NCBI RefSeq assembly: GCF_001194135.2
Contig: NC_068986.1
Coordinates: forward strand, 69,506,235 to 69,539,058
Direction of reading: 5' to 3'
Length of the DNA: 32,824 nucleotides
From: Octopus bimaculoides
Taxonomy: Eukaryota
The notes beneath the pieces were generated by a model that saw only the letters and a list, made by a program, of their open reading frames with translations, did no database searches and was not told where the DNA came from. Made by a program: the position numbers and the translations under genes. Of this stretch, positions 32,781 to 32,824 are shown piece by piece; position 1 is the stretch's first letter, and every line of letters begins with the position of its first letter.

Positions 32781-32824
<44 letters not shown>

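Noticed and set aside
6-32824. Dozens of supplied ORFs made of poly-Y/N/L/S/F or HT, CV, YI, RE dipeptides
   Set aside because: They are translations of microsatellites, with no coding evidence.

Overview
AT-rich, microsatellite- and repeat-dense animal genomic DNA from a gapped draft assembly (large N gaps at 3869-4810 and 6354-7078, several smaller gaps and 10-N joins). The SINE families and repeat landscape look like an Octopus (cephalopod) genome; this is an inference from remembered repeat consensi, not a database match. No known protein-coding gene could be identified. Most supplied ORFs are microsatellite or N-gap artefacts. Well-supported content: a decayed, internally deleted R4/Dong-clade non-LTR retrotransposon (RT plus restriction-like endonuclease, minus strand, ~23972-27255); two fragments of a second R4/Dong family (5998-6353 and 27256-27960); L1/Tx1-like relics; a Tc1 transposase relic; a mariner deletion derivative; several MITE-like inverted repeats; and about 20 tRNA-derived SINE copies. 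The least explained segment is 20384-22400. It is a unique, partly CpG-rich island with five closely spaced plus-strand exon-like blocks bounded by canonical GT-AG sites, the first three bracketed by an inverted repeat pair. It may be a small spliced gene, lncRNA or 5' UTR. Its reading frames show a suggestive but unproven pattern of TGA/TAG interruptions. All alignments and counts were done by eye.
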